A stretch of DNA of 64,000 nt, from the NCBI RefSeq assembly GCF_028641065.1, contig NC_073410.1, positions 3,224,001-3,288,000 on the forward strand, in the 5' to 3' direction. Position numbers and translations under genes: made by a program. Source of the stretch: Leucoraja erinacea. Its lineage: Eukaryota. The notes under the pieces were generated by a model. That model was given only the letters and a program-made list of their open reading frames with translations. It was not told the origin of the DNA and made no database searches. Below, in pieces: positions 24,736 through 39,615 of this stretch; position 1 is the first letter of the stretch, and every line of letters starts with the position of its first letter.

Positions 24736-26845
24736 ACTGAGAGTACAATCCTTCCAACACGTGGAAGATTTGCCCGCTCCCTCAAAGCCAAGATAAAGGG
24801 TCGCAGACCCAAATCAGGATGCTTCAACGTGCCTTGGCCCATACTTATATCCAAACAATAAGATTAAGAAGGGTCTTGACCCGAAAAGTCACCTGTCTAT
24901 TCCGTTCTTAGATGCCGAGTTTATCCCGCCCCCTTCCACCCATATCCATCCCCCCAGCTTTACATTTCACTCCTCTCCTTATCTGACACCCTTTTGTCTC
25001 CTTTTCATCTCCAGCCTTTGTCACTTACTGCGTCCATCTATCTGCTAATCAAACTCTCCCTCACCGGTATCCACTTGACTCCCCCACCTCTCTTTTCCAG
25101 CTTCCTCCCCCCCCTCCATCAGTCTGAAGACGGATCCCAACTTGAAATGTGGAGAGTGCATTCTCTCCACAGATGCTGTCTGACCCTTTAAGTTAGTCCA
25201 TCCCTTTATGTTTTGCCCCATGAGCTGTGTAGATGTATAGCAAGTGTGATGGCCACAATCCTACATTGTCGAGAGCAATAAGCAGGCTGTACTACGGGAT
25301 CAATGTGACCTACCTATATTTTGACTTTCTGCCTGACTCAATACAAATGAAAGGACATTCTGCTAGAGTTGCTTCTCAATTTTAATCAACTATATGGCCA
25401 ACTCACTTTTCGAAATGGGACTTTATTGACATACGTAGCTTGCCAAAAGTAAAGTAAGTAAGCTTTTAAATTTTCTGTGGCCAGAACATTATTCCTCTGA
25501 CTCAGTGAGGTCAAATACTCATGCATAATTAATATAAATGTCCTTGTCATCACTTTCACTACCTTCATTTGCAAAATAGAACTTGGCATTGCGGAAAGCA
25601 AACATGACTCAGAATCATTGGTGGAAATGTCTTTCCATTCTTCAAGCCATTCACAAAAATGTCATTAAATCATGACTAAGCCTGAATATCATTATGCTAT
25701 TTATATCAATATGCCATTATAAGTTGACCAACGTACGAGGCATGAATTGACAAAATGTTCCATTGCACAATAACATTTCATGGGTGATCTTGGATTATGA
25801 CATTTGAATTTGAAAAGTCCACAGTATTACTTTCTAAAATGTGCAACATGGAGGCAGGTCTAATCCAAACGATGGCTATGAAACTATAAATTCAATAATA
25901 GCAAATTACATCATTGTAAATATGGATTTCAAACTCGTGCAAATAACAAAGTGCCGGAGAAACTCAGTGGATCTGACCGCATCGGTGGGTGAAATGGACA
26001 GACAAGGTTTCAGGTCTTCAGACCCTGTTGGTTCAATTGGTCCAAATCCTCTTGAAAAATTGGCATTGCCAAAGTCAATATGATTATTGAAGACATTTTC
26101 CAGCAATTACACTCTTGTATCAACATTTTCATCAGATGACAGAAGTTGCCTTGTGCTATTAGCTAATGTAATATTAATAACTGGCATAGCTCTCTCTGAT
26201 TATAACCTGTCACGTGGGGTTTCCCTCAATTGTAGCTATTTGATCCTGTTGCAATATACATTTTCTCCCATTTACAAATACCGACAGTCAACTTCAAGTT
26301 CAAGTTCAAGTGAGTTTATTGTCATGTGTCCCTGTATAGGACAATTAAATTATTGCTTTGCTTCAGCACACAGAACATAGTAGGCATTTACTACAAAACA
26401 GATCAGTGTGTCCATATGAAGTTACTCCTTTACATTCTCCAAACTCTAGATACTGCTTTAAACACATTTCCTCTTGACATGGACCTCTGTTTTGGAAATA
26501 ACATTTCTGAGGCAAATATTGGTATTTTATGGACAATTTACTGGGATTGCACTTTGCCCCCCAAAGGAGTACATTATATTAATAAATATTTCTTAGAATT
26601 TAGGGTCAAAAGGCTGCCATTTTGGAGATAATAATTCCCAAAAAATGATTGGCATTTGAACTTGAATATCACGTGACAATAAAAGACCTTTGAACCTTTG
26701 AATAATCTGGGTTTGAAATTAAATTCAGAATAGGGTTGTTCAGATTATGTTTCTGGAACATAGAACAAATAACAGCACAGCTTGGGAGCAGGCCCTTCAG
26801 CCCACATTGTCTGTGCCAAGCCTGATGCCAAGCTATCATAACCTC

Positions 26846-26974
26846 TGAAGAAGGGTTTCGGCCCGAAACGTTGCCTATTTCCTTCGCTCCATAGATGCTG
26901 CTGCACCCGCTGAGTTTCTCCAGCTTTTTTGTGTAACCTTCGATTCTCCAGCATCTGCAGTTCCTTCTTAAACA
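26846..26974 (+). mobile_element. About 129-bp Penelope-derived hammerhead element with target-site duplication
   Basis: 13-bp duplication ctatcataacctc (26833-26845 and 26975-26987). Motif at 26845-26872. Confidence 0.82.
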
Positions 26975-28040
26975 CTATCATAACCTCCTCTTTCTGCACA
27001 TGATCCATATCTCTCCATGTCCATGTACATATCCAAAGCCTCGTCAATTACACTCTCACATCTAAAAGCCTCTTAAATGCCACTATCTACTTCATTCATA
27101 TCTTCCATGATCTCAAAAACTGCAGGACAGTTCAACATCTCCTTGTTTCCTTAAAATATCCAAGGTTTATGAACCAATTTGTAAATATTATACGCCTGAT
27201 GTGCCCCTTTCCTCTATGTTTCTGACTCAGACATCTTTGACTGATGACGTTCAGCCCTTTACCCTGGCCTGCCAGTGTAAATTAATGCCATCAGCTGAAA
27301 TTTGAGGTCATGTATTACTGTTTCACAAAGACTGGTGGAATATTTTGTAAAGGAACCTTTGGTGGAGGTAGAATGCATGGCTGAAAATTAGATGATACTA
27401 TGCAGCTGTATTCCCTAGAAAAGATGATGCAGGTTGCTCAAGATTAAAGATATTTGACTGGACAGTATAGACAAAGGGTTATTGGAAGGCAGGAGACATA
27501 CCAATATTGCAACCCTGCTTAACATCAGCAAGAATAATTAAACTAGTGAAGTGCACTCCAGCCAATTTAATGTCAGTGGTAAGGAAACTGAAAATAAAAT
27601 AACATGGAGAAAAATTAATTGGCATTTGAAGTAGTATTGCCTTATAACTAAAAGCCAGCATTGATTTGTTAAATGGCAAATTGTGTTTGACTAATTTGAT
27701 CAAGTCCTTGAAGGACTAATGGAGAGTGCTATTAAAGGGTAATGTAATTGATGTGCATTTCTGGACGTAAAAAAAAAACTCTTTGACAAAGTAGCATCTA
27801 GTGAGCTTGTTTGCAAAATTTAAATTTATGAGATCAAAGAGGCAGTGGCACCAAGGATATAAAATTGGCCAAGATGCAAAGTAGAGAGTCTGGTTGTTTT
27901 AGACAATAGTCACTAGGTGCAGCAGTAGGCCATTCGGCCCTTCGAGCCGGCACCGCCATTCACTGTGATCATGGCTGATCATCCACAATTAGAACCCAGT
28001 GCCTGCCTTCTCCCCGTATCCCCATTTCAGATTGGAGGGA

Positions 28041-28712
28041 CCGATGGTGTAATGGGTCAAGAACTTCAAATTCCTGGGCGTGCATATTTCCAAAGATCTT
28101 TCCTGGTCCCAGCACACTGATGCAATTCAAAAGAAAGCACATCAGCGCCTCTACTTCCTGAGAATATTACGGAGATTCGGTATGTCAAAGAGGACTCTCT
28201 CTAACTTTTACAGGTGCACAGTAGAGAGCATGCTGACCAGTTGCCTCGTGGCTTGGTACGGTAACTTGAGCATCCAGGAACGGAAAAGAATGCAGAAAGT
28301 TGTGACCACTGCCCAGTCCACCACTGGCTTTGACCTCCCTACCATCGAAGGGATCTATCGCAGTCGCTGCCTCAAAAAGGCTGCTAACAGCATCATCAAG
28401 GACCCATACCATCCTGGCCACACATTCATCTCTCCGCTGCCATCAGGTAGAAGGTACAGGAGCCTGAAATCTGGTACATCCAGGTTCAGGAACAGCTACT
28501 TCCCCACAGCCATCAGCCCCACTCGCCATCAAACAACCTCTGAATTATAACACTTTATCTGGTTATTTATGTGTATATACATGAACTATGCTTATAGACA
28601 CACTGGACTGTTCTGTATTTATGCTTACTATATTCTGTTGTGCTGTAGCAAGCAAGAATTTAATTGTCCTATCTGAGACACATGACAATAACCTCTCTTG
28701 ACTTGACTTGAA
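28041..28712 (+). mobile_element. Rex1/Babar-type LINE 3' fragment
   Basis: FKFLGVHISKDLSWSQHT..KKAHQRLYFLR..FYRCTVESML..LPSGRRYRSL..SRFRNSYFP and a (CTTGA)n tail. Confidence 0.85.
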
Positions 28713-28929
28713 TGAGTTAGTGGTGAATTATTTTTTTAAATCTACAGATATTGGAAATGTGAAATAATAACAGAAAATACTGAATATTCACAGGTTCAAA
28801 CAGAGTTAAGGTTTCATGTCAAAGATCTTGAAATAATTCAATTGTGTTAACCTCGGGTATGTTCTAGGACCGACGGATGCTTTGATATACTGTATATTAA
28901 TAACAATAATACATATAATTGGTATATTA

Positions 28930-29380
28930 ATTTTTAAAAAAAATATTTTATTTTATTAGAAGTAAGCACAGTCATATGGCACCAAAGTGCCTAATATATA
29001 TTTTCATAATACATTTTATGTACAACTTCTTTTTTTTTTGTTACATTAAAAAAAGATGAGAATAAGAAAAAGAGGTTAGATAGTAAAGGATAGAAAAATG
29101 TGAAATATATAGTGTGTGAAGAAAGAAGACGAGTAAATGAAGAAAGTTGAGAGAGAAAATAGTGAAAAGAAAAGGAGATCATTATTTATAGTCTTGACCA
29201 ACCCTCGTCCAGTCCTGAAACAGTTATTTTTTACAATTGTGTTGCACCATATGATTCCAAAAAAACGACGAATGGAGACCAACTCGTTATGAATTGGTCT
29301 GATTTATCCATTAGGAGGAATCGCATTTCCTCAAGATGAGCGGTGTCCAACATACTTGCAATTGGTATATTAATTATGTG
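28930..29380 (-). mobile_element. L1/Tx1-like LINE 3' end
   Basis: MLDTAHLEEMRFLLMDKSDQFITSWSPFVVFL resembles L1-clade ORF2 C-termini. It is followed by a pyrimidine-rich 3'UTR, AATAAA and an A-rich tail. Confidence 0.55.
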
Positions 29381-32300
29381 GGTAACTGAACAATGTTTCA
29401 AAATATACAAATGAAATAAAAATCGGCAATGTATTAAACACTGTGGAGATTGGTAATACACTTAAAAAAACACAGCATGAACACTAGAATCTATGACCAT
29501 CCACTGGGGAATTTTACCATGGAACAATGTAAGATGGTGCATTTAAAATATTGTGGTGCTCCAGTATTTAGAAACTGTTTCCTTTATTCAACGTTTTTTT
29601 ATTTTGGATTCTCAAAATGTAAATCTCATGAAGAAATCAATGACAACCTTTGAATATGTTCTCCACTACAGTGCAGCGATGCTCTTATAAGAACATTGTG
29701 CAGGTAATTGCAAATCCGGATGGACATAGGTGTGTAACAGATACTACCAAATATTCTTCAGCAGGTGTGTTATATACTAAACTAACACTTCCTCCAGTTC
29801 CAATGGACATTCAGTACTTACAAGAAGTACTTGTAAGACCAAGTACTTATTTGTACTTGGAAACACAGAAAATAGATGCAGGAGTAGGCCATTTGGCCCA
29901 TCGAGCCAGCATCGCCATTCAATATTAGCATGACTGATCATCCAAAATCAGTACACCGTTATGGCTTTTTTTCCCCAATATTCCTTGATTCCCTTAGCCC
30001 TAAGAGCTAAACCTAGTTTGTACATTAAAGCAGCATAGCCCACCAACATGTATAATAAATATACGTTTCTACGTTTTGCTACATGTTTATAGCATTTGTG
30101 GACATTCTTCTGTGAAATAAGCTTTTTTTCTACTATATATTCCATTAGATATGCGGGCACTCACTTCACCAATTAATGTTTCTGGAAGTTTCTAGTTTCG
30201 GTTTGGAGATATTTTGTCTTTAACTTGCAATTTTCCATTGCTTGGTCAAGATCTATTAGATTGAAACCCACGGTGAAATTATTCTTCCAGCAGTAGCTGG
30301 TCACAGCATTAATGTAACTACATTCTTGCATTATTGAGTTGTAAACATTAGGCGTTATTCCTCATCATTTGGAAAACAGAACCAGGAGATGTTCAAAGTG
30401 ACATAAGCTGCCATTGCTGCCTTGAAATGAGCATCTTCACCAAATTATCCACATTGATGCATAATCTTTTCTGCCTTTGAACAGAAACACAATTGGAAAG
30501 CATTCAGCTTGTAGCAAAACTGTCCATTAATATAGTATACTTTTGTTGCATGAATCAGTGAGTCGAGACTGATGCACTGTGTTCACTAAAATTACTTGAA
30601 AGCACACTATTTCACATAAAATGACCATGTGCAACTGAGCAATGCTTAAGTAAAAAGGAATTTAAATGAACATCCATGAAGTGTAGTATTCTCAACATGC
30701 CTTAGACTTTTGTATTTGTAATTACATTGAATCAAACATGCTACTTTTAACATTACTAAGATTCTGGATGAACAATTCAGTTTTTAAATTCAAGCAGAAT
30801 AAGATGTAATATTGCTTATAAAACAGAAAATATTTGACAGGACAGTCTGAATCCATGAAATGCGCAGTTAATGTTTCATTAGAATTTCCAGCTTTTTGTG
30901 TTTATTTCAAATGTCCAGAATCTGCACTGTTTTGCTTTTCATCGCAATATTCCATCAATACTCACATGATAGCACTACTTTATTTAGATATTTTCAAAAG
31001 ATAGAAATTCAATTAATTACATTGTGAAAATACTATAGATGAAGTTATAAAGATGGGCCGACATAGTCCAGTGCACAATTCTCCACTTTGGAAATAAGAC
31101 TAGGGCAGGCAGTTCACCTGTAGTGGAGTGGAAGGATCTTTGGATCACATCTCTTCAAAGGCTGAGATTGAACTAGATAAAACTTTTTGGAGCCAACCCA
31201 AGTCTGTCATTTTGTATGCAAAAGAATAGATTGCAAAAGCTCAGAAGCAATGCCAAAAAATGTACCATTACTTGATGAAGTTGTCCTGAAGTATTATTAA
31301 TACCCATGGACCTAATTACTGCAAAGTAAATACCCAGCATAGATAGACACAAAATGCTGGAGTAACTCAACGTGACAGGCACCATCTCTGTAGAGAAGGA
31401 TGGGGGATGTTTCGGGTCTGAAGAAGGGTCTCAACACAAAAAGTCACCCATTCCTTCTATCTAGAGATGTTGCCTGTCCTGCTGAGTTACTCCAGCATTT
31501 TGTGTATATCTTTGATGTAAACCAGCATCTGCAGTTCCTTCCTCCACACAACATAGATACCTTGAATGTCACCACAGATGATGGATAATACAGGCAGAAA
31601 AATTGGCAAACTGGAGCTGCCCACTTTTCCATACCCACTCTCAGTCAAATCTGCAGTTAAATTTTCTGGTGTGAAATAACTGCATTGATTCTCGCCTGCT
31701 AGTGCCCAGTGGCTTTTAAGTTCCAAGTCAACAAAATGAATCTTCTGTGACTTTCATACAGGGTGCAGCATTGCTTCTGAAACTCCATCACCATACATAG
31801 AAACATAGAAACATAGAAACGTAGAAAATAGGTGCAGGGGGAGGCCATTCGGCCCTTCGAGCCATGGCTGTTGTCCCCTATCAATAACCCATGCCTGCCT
31901 TCTCCCCATATCCCTTGATTCCACTAGCCCCCTAGAGCTCTATCTAACTCTCTCTTAAATCCATCCAGTGACTTGGCCTCCACTGCCCTCTGTGGCAGGG
32001 AATTCCATGAATTCACAACTCTCGTACAGTAGGCAACATTCTCATCCTAATCCAAGGTGTTCCTTCTACCTCCAACCTGGTGGAGCTGCCTTCACTTCCA
32101 TCCATTTACACCCATCCACTTGCAGCCAGAGAGTTTCCTACAATGGCTTCTTCTCCTGGCCTTGAAATATTTCCTCTGGAGTTTGAAAGACGCAACTAAT
32201 CACCTCATTCTCCATCTACGCAATGTCCTTTGCTGACTTTGTCTGTTGACTTCGAGCCAGTTTTCATAAGCACCACATTCCACAAACTGACCACGACCTT

Positions 32301-33030
32301 GTCTCAGATGATTCAAATTTATCTCTTGTTATCTGTCGGGAAAAAATAATGAGGTAACTAAGGCTGAATACATAACAAATTCTGAGGACACACACAAAAC
32401 TGACTCGATACCCTTTGATAATGATTATCTTTGTGGCTAACCTAACCTAAGTGGAGTTACTGTCACCATTTATCATCATGAAGACCATTCACCTCCATCA
32501 CAAATATAACCTGCCTCAACCCCGCTTCCACCCAGCCTGCCTTGAAACCTCATCAATAGTTCACTTGATAGTCCTTCAATTTCATTAAACTTCTCTTGAT
32601 CCCAGCCTCTGCTGCCCATACCTAGTATATAGCACATTGGCACAGGTATGTGGATAAAGGTGTGGGATATGGGCCAATGGGTCTATCTTCAATGGGGCAT
32701 CTTGGTTGGCCTGAGTGCGATTACCAGAGGGCCTGTTTCCATGCTGTATGACTCTATGACACTTTCTGATATTCCTGTTCTCACTGACCTGAACTAGCCC
32801 TTGTATATATTATTACTTTAAACCCATCTTCATACTTGAAAAAAACAATCTGCTAGAAGGACTAATTGGGCCTGGCAGCATCTGTGGAGGAAAATGGACA
32901 GTCAATGTTTCTGATTGAAACAATTCACTTGGACTATGGCTGTAGACTGTCCATTTCCCTCCATAGATGCTGTCTGGTTCTGCCAGCAATTTGATTTTTT
33001 GTTTGCTCCAGGTTCCAGCATCTGCTGTCC

Positions 33031-33452
33031 ATTGGGCTTGGACACTCTGGAGTTTAGAAGGATGAGAAGGGATCTCATTGAAACATATAAGATTGTTAAG
33101 GGCCTGGACACACTAGAGGCAGGAAACATGTTCCCGATGTTGGGGCAGTCCAGAACCAGGGGCCACAATTTAAGAATAAGGAGTAAGCCATTTAGAACAG
33201 AGACGAGGAAACACTTTTTCTCACAGAGAGTGGTGAGTCTGTGGAATTATCTGCCTCAGAGGGCGGTGGAGTCCGGTTCTCTGGATGCTTTTAAGAGAGA
33301 GCAAGATATGGCTCTTAAAAATAGAGGATTCAGAGGATATGGGGAGAAGGCAGGAACGGGGTATTGATTGGGGATGATCAGCCATGAACACATTGAATGG
33401 CGGTGCTGGCTCGATGGGTTGAATGGCCTACTCCTGCACCTATTGTCTATTG
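33031..33452 (+). mobile_element. CR1 LINE 3' fragment
   Basis: LGLDTLEFRRMRRDLIETYKIVKG...FFSQRVVSLWN...GYGEKAGTGY* and a ctattgt tail. Other fragments lie at about 36453-36780, 40812-41060, 49423-49693, 53041-53331 and 56930-57260. Confidence 0.88.
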
Positions 33453-35914
33453 TCTACATCTTTAATGAAAAACAAACCATACTATCCTCATTATGAACGG
33501 TTTCCACTATATTGTGTCCAGGATTCTTCTAAAAAAATATTAAAGCATCAATTAACTTGGCGAATATTTACATCTACCAAACTGAATATTATTTGCAAAT
33601 ATGAGTTTGCAAGAAATTTAGAATACTTACACATGGAAGGTTCAAACATGCCTATTGATTAAAAAATACCTAAAGTTATGTTTTATTTAAAGTTAAGGTT
33701 ACGTCTTACAGTCTGGACATGTGCATACATCGCAAGAATTGGCGCCCATTTATTTTGTTCTATCCCTTATACATATTTAGCTCTTCGGCCCTGAGTTAAT
33801 TTCCAAATTATTTTCAGAATTATTTCGTCCAATTTCGCTATTTTGGTAACAGGTACATACAAACCCATGAGAGAGAGAGAGAGAAGTGTGGTGAATTTCG
33901 ATCAAGATGTTGTTATTTTGCCCAGTATAAAGTTAGAGAGACAGCTTTCGCGTTGACAACACGGAGGCGACAAGTCGGATGGGCACAGAGGAGAAAACAT
34001 AATGTTAATTGAACCAAGTGTCAATCAGCGAGTGCGCTGGATCAGGCGAGGAATAGCGGTTACAAAAAACTGTTGGATTAATACATTCTAGATTGACATT
34101 GAGATGCATGAGATGTGTAGGCTGGATCGCAGAAAGGCGTGATTTTGTGTTTAAAATGACATTGAGAATCACAACAATGGCTTTGTACCCATCATATTAC
34201 CATTGGACATCAAATGCTGGAGTAACTCAGCGGGACAGACAGCATCTCTGGAGAGACGGTGCTGTGCCGCCGAGTTACTCCAACATGTTGTATCTATCTT
34301 TGCTTTAAACAAGCATCTGCAGTTCCTTCCTACACACCACTGGGCCTACATTTTAGCTTTAAAAAAAAATTGATGAGGGCGTCTGGTATTTCACTTGTGG
34401 TTCCACTGATCACTTTTTCTAAGACATTAGCAAATGTAAATGTGTATTAAAATGTTTACAAGATTCACTTAATTTCCCCATTTTCAGAGCGAGCACCGAG
34501 TTCCCACACTGGCTCTCACAGCGAGCTCATAATTGGATAACAGCAGGGTAATGAAGGTACACGTTTACTGTCACAAATCAATCCGGGCCCACTTAGAAAA
34601 GGCGAACTCAGCCGAATGAAAAGCAGAGTGCACAATTAAAATGATTAACCCGTATCGACAAAAAAAATGATGCAATTTGTCATTTAGTCCTTCATGGATT
34701 CCGCTTCTCTTTCTTGTCTCAGTTGGGCTACTTAGAAAACAAAAAGAAAAAAATGTCGCAATGACATTGACATATCCCGTTGGTTTTCCCTATTTCACTG
34801 CCGCCCACTTTCTCGACGCTGTTTATCTGGTCGGACAGACCCCATAGGGAGAAGCAATGCTCCACAAATGTTCGAACCATCAACAACAATTAAGGAGATC
34901 TCAGAACAAAGCAGCGCCGAATGTCGTGGGGGTAGATACAATTAAAACCTCTCGGCTAACTATGATGAAACGCGCACTAGTACTCGCCTTTGTGTTGGCG
35001 GGGAACACCTCCCCTCCCCTCGCCGACAACAATAACCTTATTTCAGCAGAAAGCAAACACCAACCGGACACATTTCCCAACTTGTTGAAGGGGCGATGCT
35101 CCGGCTTCTCATCAGTTCTGCTAAATAAACCACGATAATAAAGATTAGAAGCCCAATTTTAATGATAAATGGACAATTTAAACGAGACTGGTCAAAAACA
35201 CCAGGAGATATTTAAAATTATAACCTGTTCATTTAGTTTAATAGCCGCATTGATATTTTTTTAGAAATAGGAAATGAATTGGCGTGAAATGCAAATAAAT
35301 ATAGACTCAGAACTAAATTCAGTAAATAGCTCGGAATTTTATATTATAAAGTATTGATATTGACTTGGAATATGTTACAGAGACTGGGTCTGTATTCAAA
35401 TTCATGCATCCCACTACTCTCTCCGACCCTGCTTGTCTCACCCTGTTCTGTTCTCTTCATTTGTTCACCTTGATTCCCTTTAATGTACATGTGCTGTTAG
35501 AAGCTGTCTTTGGTAACCATATTATGCAGCGGGAGCTACCGTTGAAATGTTTTAACACTTCAGTGAGAAGTTGCGGGTAATTGCAAACAGGGTTCTTGGT
35601 ATAAGTCTGAAGAAGGGTCTCGACCCGCTGAGTTACTCCAGTTACCTATTTCCATCGCTCCATAGATGCTGCTGCACCCGCTGAGTTTCTCGAGCATTTT
35701 TGTGTACCTTTGAGTTACTCCAGCCCCCTCGGTGTTACATGCAGGTTTGACTTGACATTCATTTGATGAATCAAAACAATCTATTGGTTTATAAAAAGTT
35801 GTTATTAATCCTGAGCTTTGTATTATTCGTTTCCAATCCACATTAATTCCAATGATTCCAAAGAATACAAAAAGATTTGAAGTAGTTTTGAAACACTATT
35901 ATTCGCTTGGTCTA

Positions 35915-35935
35915 TTCAGGACCAAGGAGAGCGCT
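35915..35935 (+). promoter_or_regulatory. Putative RE1/NRSE (REST-binding silencer)
   Basis: TTCAGGACCAAGGAGAGCGCT against consensus TTCAGCACCACGGACAGCGCC: 17/21 matches with canonical half-site spacing, in apparently non-repeat DNA upstream of the cholinergic locus. Confidence 0.62.
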
Positions 35936-38900
35936 GGACAGCTCCGCGAGGCTCTACCGCCCCTATGTGCTGGACTGGGATAACTACAACTCTATCCACA
36001 TCATCTTCACACCCAGGGGCTCCCTCTGCCGCTCTCTGTTTGCATTTGTTTTTGAAATGATTGTTACTTTAAGTATGAGATATTTCCTTTCAGACATCTT
36101 CTCACTTTAGCATATCAGTATTAATTCTCTGAGTTGGAAGGAACTTCAGATGCTGGTTTAAATCGAAGATAGACCCAAAATGCCAGAGTTACTCTCGCTG
36201 AGTTACTCCAGCATGTCTATCTAAATATTAACTCTCTGTTGTACTGCAACGTTCAAAGTGTTGGATTTTAGTCAGAGTAAGGCCCACACTGAGACTGAAA
36301 AAGATGGTGAGGGCAGGAAAATTCCAGGCCTGGATATCAGAAGTCTGCAGCCTGTGATAAGAATGAGTGTTACACATCCGACGGTCACTGCGGGTCAAGG
36401 ACTCGATGGGTTCCCTGAGTAGACTGCTCAGATTGCCTGGTGGACTGTCTCATAGAAACATGGAAACATAGAATATAGGTGTAGGAGTAGGCTATTCGGT
36501 CTTTCGAGCCAGCGCAACTATTCAATATGATCATGGTTGATCATCCTGAATTAGTACCCCGTTCCTGCTTTCTCCCCATAGCCCTTGATTTCTTAATCCC
36601 TGATAACTATATCTAACTCCCACTTGAAAACATCCAGTGAATTGGCCTCCACTGCCTTCTGTGGCAGAGAATTCCACAGATGCACAACTCTCTAGGTGAA
36701 CAAGTTTTTCCTCATCTCAGTCCTAATTGGCCTACCCCTTATTCTTAAACTGTGACCCCTGGTTCTGGACTCCCCCAACTCCCCCCTCACCAGAACTCAC
36801 CACCAAGCACCAAAACCTCTCCTGGCTGCTGGTGAGAGAGGCCCTCCCAGTGCGATCCTGTGTGTACTGTCAGTGTCTACCTCCCAATGCATGTTGCCTT
36901 GGGGCAGTTGCTATGGAGAGGAGATGGCTGCCCCCCTCTTTGTACAGTATGGATTTGCTTAGAAGGCCTAAAATGCCATAAGGTCATAAATGATAGTTGT
37001 AGAATTAGGCCATTCGGTCCATCAAGTCTACTCCACCATTCAACCATGGCTGATCTATCTCTCCCTCCTAAACCCATTCTCCTGCCTTCTCCCCTTAACC
37101 TCTGACAGTTGTACTAATCAAGAATCTATCTATCACTGCCATAAAATATGCCAGGGTGCTAGTCACAGCTTATCACAAGCTGCAATGGAGCTGAGACTCT
37201 GATTTACAGGGTGTTCCCAGTGACACACTCAAAGATGAACATCAAAAGCTGCTGGATCATCATCAGTTCAGTGAAAGACAGACACTCTTTAGTCTGCCCG
37301 AAACTCATTGGTCTCCCAGCACAGCAAGAGGAATATGGGCCAAACACAAGCAAATGGTATTAACTTAGATGGGGCATCTTGTTGCCATGGACGAAAGGCC
37401 TGTTTCTGTGCTGTGTCATTTCATGACTTATCAACATTCTGATGAAAGGTCATTGGCCTGAAATGTTAAGTCTGTTTCTCTCTTCAGTTTACAGTTTACA
37501 ATTTAGTTTATTGTCCCGTGCACCAAGGTACAGTGGAAAGCTTTTGCTGGGTGCTATCCAGTCAGTGGAAAGACAATCCATGATAACAATCGAGCCATCT
37601 ACAGTGTGTAGATACACGATAAGGGAATAACAATTACTGCAAGGTAAAGCCTGCAAACTCCGATCAAGGATAGTCCAACGGTCACCAATGAGGTAGATAG
37701 TAGTTTAGGACTGTTCTCTGTGTGGTAGGATGTTTCAGTTGCCTGATAACAACTGGGAAGAAACTATCCCTGAATCTGGTGGTGTGTGTTTTCACACTTC
37801 TATGCCTTTTGCCTGATGGGGGAGGGGAGAAAAGGGAGTGGCCAGGGTGCTTCACAGATGCTGCCTGACCTGCTGCACTTCCTGGTTTATTTCTACTAGA
37901 TATGCTCCTGTTATGTACTGTATAAAAAACACATGTGGAACGAGTCTCCGAATGCTCTTTCTATTGTGTCTATCATCCATCAAACGTTCCCTCCAGTTGT
38001 GAGAAAATATTCTGTTCTGTTCTTCTTGTTGTTTAATCCCAAGGAACAGAATTGTATCCCGTGGGGAAGTTTAGGAATGTAAAAACATCTTTTATCACTC
38101 AATGTCAGCATAGCGGAACATGAAAGGCTATCTTTACCTTGTCATCTCTAGGCTTCTGATTAATCCCAGTGCAATCTCTAGCAAAGGGAATTTAATCAGT
38201 TTTATACAATTGAATGAATCACAATTTAAAATATGCATTAATGCATAAATGTTGGTGTACATTAGTTATTAATGTTTAATCATTGTTACTTTGATGTTGG
38301 TACTGTGTGTTTGGAGGTGTAAGAGGGAGTCGCGTTTGTGCATGGGGTGGGCTTGAGTTTGTGTGTGTGTGTGTAAGTTGTGTTTAAGGTGTTTGAGATG
38401 TGTATGCGTAGGTGTGTGAGTGTGAGCGTGAGGGGTTAATGTGTGAACGGATATGCTTTGGTGTCCATGGTGGTCTAAGGTTAACGGAATAGGTTAAAGG
38501 ATTAAAAGATCAATGAAGAAGGGTCTCGACCTGAAAAATCAACGATTCCTTCTCTCCAGAGATGCTGCTAGTCCCGCTGAGTTACTCCAGCATTTTGTGT
38601 CTATCTTCGGTTAAAGGATTACTATGGTTTAGCTCTATATTTTATAATGATCACCCTTTTATCTCTCCAAAATATATTATCATTAATCCTAAAATTCCAA
38701 ACGAAAAATATGTTTTTAATTATTCACCATCACAGTCTAAATTAGTAATTGATAAATAAACAGAGACCCCCAAATATAGATGTAGATTGATGCATCAGTC
38801 AATGGAATTTCAATGACAGGTCAAAGTCCAATTTATAGTTCCATGGCTCTGGTGTTTACATAAGTGTTTAAATAATCTTTTATGAATTCCATCAGAATGT

Positions 38901-39615
38901 TAAGACCCACTTATGAAAGGATTTTTGTGAGATTATGAATGCCGACAATTCAAACTAATGCTAAATCCTCTTCAGGTCAGATGCTTAAAATGGAAATGTT
39001 GCAGCAAAACACTGCAGCATAAGAATTGCTTGCTGGTTTGTGTTTGTGTTGTAAAAACTAGCGAGGTGTGTACTTGTTGTAGTTAATTAAAACACTTCCT
39101 CTCCCTCACCCTGGCCACTCCCTCTTCTCCCCTCTCCCACCAGGCAAAAGGTATAGAAGTGTGAAGACAGATTCAGGGACAATTTCTTCCCAGCAGTTAT
39201 CAATAGACAATAGGTGCAGGAGTAGGCCATTCGGCCCTTCCAGCCAGCACCGCCATTCAATGTGATCATGGCTGATCATCCCCAATCAATACCCTGTTCC
39301 TGCCGTCTCCCCATATCCCCTGACTCCGCTATCTTGAAGAGCCCTATCTAGCTCTCTCTTGAAAGTATCCAGAGAACCGGCCTCTGAGGCAGGGAATTCC
39401 ACAGACTCACAACTCTCTGTGTGAAAATGATTCAGGCAACTGAATCATTCTACCACAACCAGAGCAGTGCTGAAACTACAATCTATGAGGTGGTCATGTC
39501 AGGCTGGGCCCCCATTGTTCTTCACGGCAGTCCTCCCATGCCAGGTCCCCATTAACCTCCCCTCCCCCCTCATACTCATCGACCGTGAGGCCTCGCCGCC
39601 ACTGAGGCCCCATTG

